From an uncultured virus (IMG/VR IMGVR_UViG_3300030099_006786) (Duplodnaviria > Heunggongvirae > Uroviricota > Caudoviricetes), in IMG/VR virus record IMGVR_UViG_3300030099_006786: 64,000 bases of DNA; one strand, 5' to 3'. The notes under the pieces were generated by a model. The model did no database searches. It was not told the origin of the DNA and saw only the letters and a program-made list of their open reading frames with translations. A program made the position numbers and the translations under genes. Position 1 is the stretch's first letter, and each line of letters opens with the position of its first letter. Positions 33,596 through 42,390 of the stretch are shown here, piece by piece.

Positions 33596-34524
33596 TAATC
33601 ATCCATTGTCATTGATTTGTCGTATGCATCATACTTTAATTTAGAAAGATCGTCAAGAATCTTAGCACGTCTTAAAATTTTAAACGCTATGTTCTCGGCC
33701 GAAAATTCCATCATGTCGCTTTCAAGTCCGGCACTCCGCATGTCTCTGATCTTTTGTTTTACCCGGTCCACTCCTGATAGTGTCTGATCATATTTCTCAT
33801 CCGACAACATCTTACTAAGGCGTTTGTATCTGTCTTCAATATCTTCTGCCTTCTTTTTAGCGGTTTCAAAATCTATATCTTTACGGGTGACCTTGGGTTC
33901 AACGATCCATTTATCATTCATAATCGAGTATATGCCGGTCGATATGTGATCCTCTCCGGTGTTCTCGACATAAATTTCAACATCGTATCCTTTAATTTTA
34001 ATATCATGTATGATATTCCACCTCATTCTAACACCATCAAAAAAAGACTTCACTAGTTTTGTGTCTTCGTCAATTTTAGAAAAGTCAACAATAATATGCA
34101 GATCAACGTCAGAATATTTTGACCAATTGTAGTTTGCCAGCGATCCAGTTAAAGTTATGTCCTCAATCTCGACTGGAATATCCAAACCATCAACAAAGTC
34201 CTGTGCTATTTGCTTCAATCTCTCTGAAATTTCAGGATTCAATTTTTCATCTTCCCAAATTTGTGGCTCTAATTCATCATGTACTTCAAAGCCTGATTTA
34301 TCAACGTCAATTTCTTCGAGTGCTCCACCGCCAGCAGCGCCCGGCGGGGCCGATACTTGATTGCGATTCTTGCCTTTAAAGTTGTAGTTTGCGCCACGGA
34401 AAGGACTTCCCTTGGATGCTTTCTTGGAGCCTTTTTTAAGAAAATCATCCATATCGCTTTGTAGCTTATCACCAAATGATTCATTCAATGGTGAAACAAA
34501 ATTTTTCCAAATTGTATAATCCAT
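33595..34524 (-). CDS. Pol-beta superfamily nucleotidyltransferase
   Basis: TGSLANYNWSKYSDVDLH (hGS...DxD), DVEIYVE. Confidence 0.85.
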   Translation of the reverse strand: MDYTIWKNFVSPLNESFGDKLQSDMDDFLKKGSKKASKGSPFRGANYNFKGKNRNQVSAPPGAAGGGALEEIDVDKSGFEVHDELEPQIWEDEKLNPEISERLKQIAQDFVDGLDIPVEIEDITLTGSLANYNWSKYSDVDLHIIVDFSKIDEDTKLVKSFFDGVRMRWNIIHDIKIKGYDVEIYVENTGEDHISTGIYSIMNDKWIVEPKVTRKDIDFETAKKKAEDIEDRYKRLSKMLSDEKYDQTLSGVDRVKQKIRDMRSAGLESDMMEFSAENIAFKILRRAKILDDLSKLKYDAYDKSMTMDD

Positions 34525-34536
34525 AATTTAATTAGT

Positions 34537-35220
34537 CTACCAAGAAGATAATGCTATACGCTTCCACGTATCTGTCGCTATGCAAATGTAAATGTAGTTG
34601 GCGTCGTAGCAGATTTCTCCAGCTTCACCAAATGTATTGGAGGCCGGAATTGTTCTTTGGGATCTCAGTCTAATTGTGTCACCATCAATGTCTAGTATTT
34701 GACTTGGTGACTTTGTATTAATACCGACCTTATCATTGGCTCCGTCAACATAAATCATATGAGTATTATTATCAGACTCAACACGAAAGTCCATTAGTGA
34801 GGTAGAGCCATCATTAATCACCACCTCTGGCGATGTAGACCCTTGAATATTTGAAGTGGCTCGTAATCTCAATCCTTCTCTTAAAGTGCCACCGTCGCTA
34901 ATCTCAAACACCATATGCTTGTTGCTTGCGCGATTCACAACCTTCAGGTTATCGGAGTCATTTATAAAAATTTCTGCTCTGTTCTGTCCGCTCTCGGTAA
35001 ACTTTATCTTAGGCTGCAAACCGTTTAATGTTAACAAAGCGTCAGGCGTTGTAGTACCTATTCCAACAGCGTCGTGTTGGGCGTGCAATATCTGCGAACC
35101 ACTCGGGCGCAGTGTTATAGTATCTTGATCAAAATCAATAAAGGTAGGTTCACCATCGCGATCGTCCTCGTAGTAAACATCACCCCTGCGTACACTACCT
35201 GTGGTAAACTTATAGCCCAA
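34537..35220 (-). CDS. Fibre-like virion protein
   Basis: VGIGTTTP and VGINTKSP repeats; C-terminal GEICYDANYIYIC..WKR. Confidence 0.7.
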   Translation of the reverse strand: MGYKFTTGSVRRGDVYYEDDRDGEPTFIDFDQDTITLRPSGSQILHAQHDAVGIGTTTPDALLTLNGLQPKIKFTESGQNRAEIFINDSDNLKVVNRASNKHMVFEISDGGTLREGLRLRATSNIQGSTSPEVVINDGSTSLMDFRVESDNNTHMIYVDGANDKVGINTKSPSQILDIDGDTIRLRSQRTIPASNTFGEAGEICYDANYIYICIATDTWKRIALSSW

Positions 35221-35225
35221 TTGAA

Positions 35226-35564
35226 TTAGCCTCCATCATACATAGTTTGTTCGCCATCCTCGAACGTAATAATTGTTTTATTAGTTGGGTGAGGTTTAAT
35301 ATGAATTTTCAAAAAATCATCAAATGCATCGAAAAAGGCAATAGAGCCTCGCGGTGCCGGGGTAAGCCAATGAATGACTGTGTGGCCAGTCGCAAAATTT
35401 ACACCCTCGATAACCACACCTTCGCCAGATATTCCAGTTTCATCACTTTGCCGGCATACCGTAAAGGTTCTGATCCCCTCTGGGGCACGGTTACTTGGCT
35501 TCTTAGGCTTTAAATCATCTGGTTCCGTGGACATTTCAGTCGACGGATCAATATTTTCAGACAT
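35226..35564 (-). CDS. Hypothetical phage protein
   Basis: RQSDETGISGEGVVIEGV.F..G...IHW. Confidence 0.75.
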   Translation of the reverse strand: MSENIDPSTEMSTEPDDLKPKKPSNRAPEGIRTFTVCRQSDETGISGEGVVIEGVNFATGHTVIHWLTPAPRGSIAFFDAFDDFLKIHIKPHPTNKTIITFEDGEQTMYDGG

Positions 35565-35764
35565 TACAATTCTCTCTTGTTATCAGTATCCTCAACTAAA
35601 GACACAGGAGCGTTGTCCGTGCTTTCCGTTAGGGATGCATCTTGTAAATAGATTATAACATCTTTTAATTTATTTTGCAAGTCTCCAATAGAATTTTGCA
35701 GAAAATCAATTTTGGTCATTATTTCTTTTATGTGTTCATTTTTATCTTTTTTTTGATTACTCAT
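35564..35764 (-). CDS. Small coiled-coil protein
   Basis: TAATG overlap. Confidence 0.6.
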   Translation of the reverse strand: MSNQKKDKNEHIKEIMTKIDFLQNSIGDLQNKLKDVIIYLQDASLTESTDNAPVSLVEDTDNKREL

Positions 35765-35772
35765 TTTTTATC

Positions 35773-36531
35773 TCATTTATGAAAAACAGGCGCCCAATCA
35801 ATCATTTCAGCAGGCACCACTACAACAATATCTTCTAAAACATCGACCCCGTACTCACTAGTTCCAACATCAATAGCCATTATCATGCCAGTTAATTTAC
35901 CTCTAGAATCGAATACGCCGGCGCCGCTTGAGCCAGACCATGCGTATGAATGCATGTAAATAAAGCCGTACTCGTCGAAACCAGAGATGGTACCGCCGAA
36001 GGTTAGTGGGCCTCCGCTATTTGGGTAACCTGTATAATAAACTTTGTCCATAAGATTATTGTTCTTATAATTTTTTGTGAACCCAGCAGGAAACTTTACA
36101 GCCTTCCTTGATTGTATTTTATCAACTTCAATTAATGCATAATCCATGCTTGTATTATTAACTAAAATTTTATTACAACCAACATACTCTTCAAAATATA
36201 TTATTGCTATACCACTACACTCGCCAATTAATCCGTGCGAAGTTGTTAAAACATAAAAAGTATTTTGAAATTTTAGATAAGTTCCAGAGGATAAAGAAAT
36301 CATAGTGCCGTCTGGTGTAGACGAAACAACATGCACAGATGACGCGACTGATTGCTTAATAGCATTCTTTTCATTTATGGCATAATAATTTGATATTGAG
36401 CTAGGTTGTGACAGATGATACTTGTCTTTTACAATTTTATCCAAAGATGATTTATACGATGAATAGCCAGCGATAAAAATTACAAAGGATGCTAAAAAGC
36501 ATACTATTAATGATTTCAAAATTCTGTTCAC
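35773..36531 (-). CDS. Membrane-anchored trypsin-like serine protease
   Basis: TTSH, DYA, GSSG; N-terminal TM. Confidence 0.85.
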   Translation of the reverse strand: MNRILKSLIVCFLASFVIFIAGYSSYKSSLDKIVKDKYHLSQPSSISNYYAINEKNAIKQSVASSVHVVSSTPDGTMISLSSGTYLKFQNTFYVLTTSHGLIGECSGIAIIYFEEYVGCNKILVNNTSMDYALIEVDKIQSRKAVKFPAGFTKNYKNNNLMDKVYYTGYPNSGGPLTFGGTISGFDEYGFIYMHSYAWSGSSGAGVFDSRGKLTGMIMAIDVGTSEYGVDVLEDIVVVVPAEMIDWAPVFHK

Positions 36532-36558
36532 TTAAATAACACCCTATATTAACTATCT

Positions 36559-39500
36559 CTAAACTTGATTTTGATAACTAAAAAATACTGGTAGTTCCTC
36601 CAAACCTGATTTAGTAGCGTACCAAACATCATCTTCGTTGCCTGTAATTTTAATTCTGCCGTTCTTTCCAATTGCCACGTAAACTGGCTGCATTGGACCG
36701 GTTTTAATAAAGTCTTTGTATTTATCCATAAACTTATCAGCCGGATCTCTGTTAACTCTGGACACAAACGGCCTCAATTCTTCAACGGGTACCATCGTAT
36801 GATACCGCATATTGTTTGTATTTGTTGGCACGTCATAAGCCATCACGCCACCTTCTTGCCAATCGTCAACAATACTTTGTAATGAAAGACGGGGAGTGAC
36901 AGATTTACCAGACGCCCTATCAAAAGTAGATATATCAAAACCAGCTTGGGTCTGATATTCTCTAACAGTTCGAATTGTACCCTTTACGTTTGTGCGATGC
37001 ATCGGAGATATGCGAAGTATCTTCAACCCTTTAATTTTCATTAAGCCGGGAATTAAAATACGATCACGATATTGAACCCTGCCTTGGCTACCTAGTAACT
37101 CGAATTTAATTTCATAGGTTCCAACTTGATTTCTACCAATGTCTTGCGTATCACCCACTGTTCTAACGGTGGTCACACCTTCAATACCACGGATTTCTGT
37201 TTGTGTTTCTTGGACCTCTCCACCGACGTCTTTTGAAATTGAGATATTAATTTTAACGCTATACAATCTAAGATCATATCTCTCGTCTTTTTCCTTCAGC
37301 AGCTTGTCAATCCTATCAATCTGAGCCTCCACACTCTCCTGTGCTGGTCTTGGTTCCCCAATTGTGCCTCTAATTGAGCCCTGATTGCGTGCCTTCCTTG
37401 TGATGGCAGGAGCACCCATTCTAGTAAGCTGTGTCTGTACCTCTTGGTCAAAGTAATCAGGCTTACCAGCATCATCTCCGTCTGTCTGGATTGGACCGAC
37501 ACGACGGATTTGCTGGTTGACGATTGGGCGCAAATACTTGTAGTAAGACACATACTTTTCAACCTCGTCCATCTGCTCAAAGTTTTGGTTAATCCAGCGA
37601 GCGATCATCATCGCCTTCATCCCGTCTGCGGTGTCTTGAACAGGGGTGTACATGTTTTCAATTTGTCTAATCTGAGCGAACGGCTGGCGTCCTGACGCAA
37701 TATCATCCTTTCGCGCTTGTGCGAGAGCCAATATACCACTCAGCGCATCTTGGATTGTTTTCTGTGCTGCTTGGTTCATCATCTCAGGGTTCTCGTTAAA
37801 GAAGTCCAGTATGTCTTGTGTGACTTGAATTTCTTCCTCAGATGTTCTATAGTTCATATTGATCTTATACATCCATCCAATCGGCTGAGTCGGATAACTG
37901 CTGTTCTGCCCGACTGCGCTGTTGGTTCCTTGGATGATAAAGTGTGAGTCCTTAGCTAAAATTATTCTCGCGGCTTTCGCAGCATACTCAGGACCAAATT
38001 TCATTTGTTGTTGGTCGGGATTTTCTTGCTTGGCTTTGTAAAGGTTCTCCAAGTTTCTCGCCATGTTGCGGTTTAGATCGGGATTCTCTGTTCTCGGTGG
38101 GTGTGTGTTAGACATTGGGCTGCCAAAGATTCTGCTGTATAATTCACCTATATGTCTATCATAATCTTGCCCATACATCTGAATCACTTGTGGGATTTGT
38201 CCGCCGTCGTTGATTACGTTCTGAGAGCCATCACTTCTCCAAGCAAACTCCAGCGAACCGCCACTGCCTTCCGTCACGCTCCAGTGTTCGAACTTCTTAT
38301 CAACCAAATCTCCACGAGTTCTGTCGTATGGACCTTTAGCTATGTACTCACCATCAACCAATTGGCTTCTGATTGCTTGTATGTGATCTTGCATATTGTC
38401 TTCAAGGTTGCGAAGCTCTCTCGCGATAAACTCGACTTCGCTGGCTGCGTCGTCAGCATTGTCGGCGCTCGCAGTCTCGTTTTTTGTGATACGAACGCGC
38501 AAGTGTGCGGTTTGCTTCTCGGCACCAGCGGGAACGTGATCGGGCTGTGCGCCTATAAGCATTACTACTTCGTATTCAATTTCGCCATCTTCACCGGGCA
38601 GTTCGTATAAGAGATCATCTAAGTCAATCTCATCCGTAAAGGCGCTGGATTCTCTGCTGTACGAATCGAAAGGAATATAGTCCAGCATATCATTAATGTC
38701 ACCGGAGTCAACTTCGGCTGCGGAATAATAGTTGTTGTCTCGTCTTACAATGTCAGGCCAACCTAAATCAATTTCAAAGCTCATCTCGCTGCTTATGGAT
38801 ATGTATGCGTATTGTCCATCACCACCCCAATCATTGGGATCTTGAACCTCTGCGTAAATACCCGTGTAGTCTCCTTCATAATTATTAACAACTTCATCGA
38901 CTGCTTCTTGAATTTCGTCGATGTTAAGCACTCCGTCGAAACTAACATCAGGGTTTTCTTCCTGTAAAAACTCATTCATTTCTTGGAAGCCATATGTATC
39001 ATTAGAGTGTTCGCCGGTTTCCTTAACAGAGTAAATGGGCGCGTTCTGAATAAACCAGCTAATGTATTCCCAAAGTTCTTCGTCCGGTGCGTTGTTACTG
39101 CGTCCTTTAATTTGGTAGAGTATTTGTTCGTCCTCGTTCCAAGTCATAGTCACATAAGACGATGATGCCTTGCGCTTACCTTTGCGTTCGCGGAGCGATA
39201 CAAGCACACCACGCGAGTCTGAACCGCAGTGTCCCATACGCTCGCCTTCGATAGAGCAATTATATGTGTTCAGATTATACCAGTAGAGTCCGTTATCAAA
39301 CTGGTGAATAACCATGTCTGGATCTTCTTTGTTCTCTAACTCTTCTTTGGCTATGTTATATGCCATGTTAATATCGTCTTCGCCCTTGATTAGCTCATAG
39401 TTGGTAGGCTCGTCGTTGAGCCAAGCAAATAACTTATCATAGTTGTACCACCAGCCTTTAAACTCGCGCAACATTGTGGCGGCGAGTTCTTCTTTTACTT

Positions 39501-40017
39501 TCTCGACCTTTTCGGATTCTACGCCTGCCTTGCTCAGTGCCTTGACTGCTTTCATAAAGGCTTTGCGCCAAGCCGCTGAAGGTTTCGCTAAGACGTTCAT
39601 TACATTTTGAGCCACGAAAACAATGCGTTTGTTTTGCTCAATCATTTCATCGTCGTACTCCTTGCGTACAACAGGCTTGCCATCGACTCCACCGGTGTAG
39701 TATGGCGTCATTGTTCTGGCTCTGTAATTGTCTACGGAGCCGGGGGATCTATCCTCTGGAGCAATAGCTTGAATCTCGTCCTTGAAGACTCTTTCCATAA
39801 AGCCTCCCCAATTGTTTTGAGCAAAGGTTCTTCCATTGCGGGGCAACTCATACTTCTTCCATTCGTTGCCCGCGTATGTCTTTGCTTTCTCAGGTGCGTT
39901 CGGCATCGCTGACTCAATAAAATCAACAACGCTCTCGGGCAAGCCTATGTCTCGCAAGCCCTCTGTTAAAACTTCTTCATAAAGATAATCAAACCAATTA
40001 CCAGTGGAAATGTCCAT
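36559..40017 (-). CDS. Large multidomain protein: PcfJ-like domain and C-terminal ParB-like segment
   Basis: EGERMGHCG..LVSLR...QIKGRSNNAP; PVYVAIGKNGRIKITGNED. Confidence 0.7.
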   Translation of the reverse strand: MDISTGNWFDYLYEEVLTEGLRDIGLPESVVDFIESAMPNAPEKAKTYAGNEWKKYELPRNGRTFAQNNWGGFMERVFKDEIQAIAPEDRSPGSVDNYRARTMTPYYTGGVDGKPVVRKEYDDEMIEQNKRIVFVAQNVMNVLAKPSAAWRKAFMKAVKALSKAGVESEKVEKVKEELAATMLREFKGWWYNYDKLFAWLNDEPTNYELIKGEDDINMAYNIAKEELENKEDPDMVIHQFDNGLYWYNLNTYNCSIEGERMGHCGSDSRGVLVSLRERKGKRKASSSYVTMTWNEDEQILYQIKGRSNNAPDEELWEYISWFIQNAPIYSVKETGEHSNDTYGFQEMNEFLQEENPDVSFDGVLNIDEIQEAVDEVVNNYEGDYTGIYAEVQDPNDWGGDGQYAYISISSEMSFEIDLGWPDIVRRDNNYYSAAEVDSGDINDMLDYIPFDSYSRESSAFTDEIDLDDLLYELPGEDGEIEYEVVMLIGAQPDHVPAGAEKQTAHLRVRITKNETASADNADDAASEVEFIARELRNLEDNMQDHIQAIRSQLVDGEYIAKGPYDRTRGDLVDKKFEHWSVTEGSGGSLEFAWRSDGSQNVINDGGQIPQVIQMYGQDYDRHIGELYSRIFGSPMSNTHPPRTENPDLNRNMARNLENLYKAKQENPDQQQMKFGPEYAAKAARIILAKDSHFIIQGTNSAVGQNSSYPTQPIGWMYKINMNYRTSEEEIQVTQDILDFFNENPEMMNQAAQKTIQDALSGILALAQARKDDIASGRQPFAQIRQIENMYTPVQDTADGMKAMMIARWINQNFEQMDEVEKYVSYYKYLRPIVNQQIRRVGPIQTDGDDAGKPDYFDQEVQTQLTRMGAPAITRKARNQGSIRGTIGEPRPAQESVEAQIDRIDKLLKEKDERYDLRLYSVKINISISKDVGGEVQETQTEIRGIEGVTTVRTVGDTQDIGRNQVGTYEIKFELLGSQGRVQYRDRILIPGLMKIKGLKILRISPMHRTNVKGTIRTVREYQTQAGFDISTFDRASGKSVTPRLSLQSIVDDWQEGGVMAYDVPTNTNNMRYHTMVPVEELRPFVSRVNRDPADKFMDKYKDFIKTGPMQPVYVAIGKNGRIKITGNEDDVWYATKSGLEELPVFFSYQNQV

Positions 40018-40047
40018 AATTATAACTCCAACACTATAAATAGTTGA

Positions 40048-40398
40048 TTATCTGTCATAATCATCTTCGAGTCTGACCACATCATTTAATTCTGGCGTGC
40101 TAACTTCAATAAGGTGTACGTTCATATCATCAGCACCAAATCTGTGTACTTGATTTGGCTTTACATGAAACGTATCACCCGGATAGAATTTAGTTACATT
40201 ATCATCCTTATCATAATTCAAAAGAGTACCTTGTAATACAAATACAGTCTCTTCTTTTTCTACATGATATTGTTTTGACAAGCGGTGGCCGGCCTCAATC
40301 AGCAAAAGTTTGCCAACATATTTGTCAGTATGCGCCCAATGAATTTCATAACCCCAAGGCTTCTCTACTTTATTATCTTTAATGTTTTCCCAGTTCAT
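40048..40398 (-). CDS. Cupin (mannose-6-phosphate isomerase type II-like)
   Basis: KPWG, LSKQYH..KEE, H-R-F, EVSTP..DVVRLEDDY. Confidence 0.85.
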   Translation of the reverse strand: MNWENIKDNKVEKPWGYEIHWAHTDKYVGKLLLIEAGHRLSKQYHVEKEETVFVLQGTLLNYDKDDNVTKFYPGDTFHVKPNQVHRFGADDMNVHLIEVSTPELNDVVRLEDDYDR

Positions 40399-40399
40399 A

Positions 40400-40744
40400 T
40401 TATCTCCAAAAAAGTTGAATCGCTACAATTAAAAACGATAGAAAGACACACATCATAGTTTTAATTGTGAACATGCTTTCATTTAAAAAATACCAAGTTA
40501 AAATTGGAAAGGTTAGATAAGACATACTAAATATCAAAAATCTAGGACCCCAAACTTCTCCCCATTCCTCATAACAAATTTTAATTCCGTACCAAAAACA
40601 AATACCTGTTGGCACAGAATATAATATTGCTGCAAGTAGTGGTTTATCTTTCCACCACTCCCACACAAATTGAGAATTTAATTGAAACCATCCTAAAGTT
40701 TGCCCAAGTGCAAACAAAAAACATGCAAATAAAATGTTATACAT
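40400..40744 (-). CDS. Four-TM small membrane protein (DMT/SMR-like topology)
   Basis: Four hydrophobic segments in 114 aa. Confidence 0.7.
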   Translation of the reverse strand: MYNILFACFLFALGQTLGWFQLNSQFVWEWWKDKPLLAAILYSVPTGICFWYGIKICYEEWGEVWGPRFLIFSMSYLTFPILTWYFLNESMFTIKTMMCVFLSFLIVAIQLFWR

Positions 40745-41510
40745 TGTGCGCTATAATCCTTACGCCGTTTTTACTTTCATTCAGTATCATTGTGTCAAAT
40801 TTATTTTTTAAATATTCAGCTGTCCCGGGAGTTACTGTGGATGCCATAATAATTTTATTATCACTACGTGAAGAATAATGTCTAATCTTTCTAAAATTTA
40901 AAATATTTTTTTCAGCCGAATTGTTACCGGTATCTACCAAGCCTCTTCTAATTTCATGTGGCAAAACCATAAGGACTGAACGATTACTCTCATTTTTGCT
41001 TACCAAGTCCCAATTTAACATTTCAACACTAAAACGTTTATTATATTCAAATTCTTTAACCATATCTAATTTACTCATTGTTAATCTAGAAAAGCTTTTA
41101 TCAAGATTCCCATAGGTAATTGTTCCCATTTTTGTTACCTTATTTAACAAAAAGCAGCAGCTTGCTCTGTATAAAGGATCAAAATGATCGACGACCTGTT
41201 GCTGTAAAAAATCGATATTATGACTTCCAATATCATCAAGGAAAAAATTAATGCCTTTAAATATAAGATGAGGATCATTAATCATAAAATTCCAAAAATC
41301 ATAAAATGGTTGAAATGAAACAAATCCTTTAACATAAATATCTAATTTTTCAACCAGCGATGTTTCGACACCACCCATAAAATACGGCGATAAGACAAAT
41401 TTTTTATCAGATGCATGCACTAATTTAAACAACTCTGGATAAAAATCTGAATTATCATCTAAATAATCAAAAAATATATTTTGTTGTTTATGGTTGAGCA
41501 GATGAATCAT
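40737..41510 (-). CDS. Hypothetical protein, possibly degenerate Dam-like MTase fold
   Basis: SPYFMGG and RASCCFLLNK echo Dam motifs; no DPPY. Confidence 0.4.
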   Translation of the reverse strand: MIHLLNHKQQNIFFDYLDDNSDFYPELFKLVHASDKKFVLSPYFMGGVETSLVEKLDIYVKGFVSFQPFYDFWNFMINDPHLIFKGINFFLDDIGSHNIDFLQQQVVDHFDPLYRASCCFLLNKVTKMGTITYGNLDKSFSRLTMSKLDMVKEFEYNKRFSVEMLNWDLVSKNESNRSVLMVLPHEIRRGLVDTGNNSAEKNILNFRKIRHYSSRSDNKIIMASTVTPGTAEYLKNKFDTMILNESKNGVRIIAHNV

Positions 41511-41898
41511 TAGGCCTTACTAATTGTTCTTGCATCTGTTTAATTTTTTCAATTTTTTCAAACAATTCGCCTTCACTAATTACGTTTTCAACCCTTTTTA
41601 ATTCTCTATTGTCTTGAGATTGTTCAGGGCTAGGTGCCGGCTCCTGTGTTTTAAACGAAATATATGCATTTATAATTTTAGTAATATCGTTTAATATAAA
41701 ATCAATATTAGCTAATTCAATTCTAGTTTGTTCAATCATATCTAAAGTTGATAAATCTAGTATACACTGTTCGTTGCCAAATTTACTTTCTTGACTTAAA
41801 GAAATCAACTTATTCTCAACCGTATCGGTCAGCCGTTTAACTTCTCCGTTTAAGTCATCAATATCAATTGAATACTGTATGCTAACTCTTCTTTTCAT
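41488..41898 (-). CDS. Hypothetical protein
   Basis: ORF in operon. Confidence 0.7.
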   Translation of the reverse strand: MKRRVSIQYSIDIDDLNGEVKRLTDTVENKLISLSQESKFGNEQCILDLSTLDMIEQTRIELANIDFILNDITKIINAYISFKTQEPAPSPEQSQDNRELKRVENVISEGELFEKIEKIKQMQEQLVRPNDSSAQP

Positions 41899-41899
41899 A

Positions 41900-42190
41900 T
41901 TATCCCTTAATTAATCCTTTTCTTTTGTTAAGTGAACTCTCAATTATGTTTGGCGAACCAACCACTATAATTTCTGTTCCTGTGTGACCTTTGTTGATAG
42001 TAAGCTTGGTAAACTGATGATCATTACTAAGACCGTCAGGCAATAAGCCACTTTCATTTAATTTTTTCATTCTAGATTCTTCACGTATCATAACCACATG
42101 CTCTGGATTTACAAACACTTCTCTCAAAGTATAATCTTGTTTTGTTGTCAAAGCAGAATTGTGACATACTTCTGTTAATTTTACTAACAT
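41900..42190 (-). CDS. Hypothetical protein (FlbD-like pattern)
   Basis: LVKLT...VFVNPEHVVMI. Confidence 0.6.
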   Translation of the reverse strand: MLVKLTEVCHNSALTTKQDYTLREVFVNPEHVVMIREESRMKKLNESGLLPDGLSNDHQFTKLTINKGHTGTEIIVVGSPNIIESSLNKRKGLIKG

Positions 42191-42390
42191 GCTTTCTCCA
42201 TAGGGTAGACATCTCTTATTTTAAGGTTCCACTCATGCCCATTAGCGTATACGCGATAAACATATTGACTCTTTGTGCTTAAATAAACACCAACAGTTGG
42301 TCTTTCTGTTTCTCGCAACCTCATACCCTTATCAGTCTCGCACCACAATTCAACACCTTGTGGAATGTGAATTAAATCACCCTGCTGCAT
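42184..42390 (-). CDS. VGDLV-like small protein
   Basis: MQQGDLIHI...VGVYL...YRVY. Confidence 0.7.
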   Translation of the reverse strand: MQQGDLIHIPQGVELWCETDKGMRLRETERPTVGVYLSTKSQYVYRVYANGHEWNLKIRDVYPMEKAC

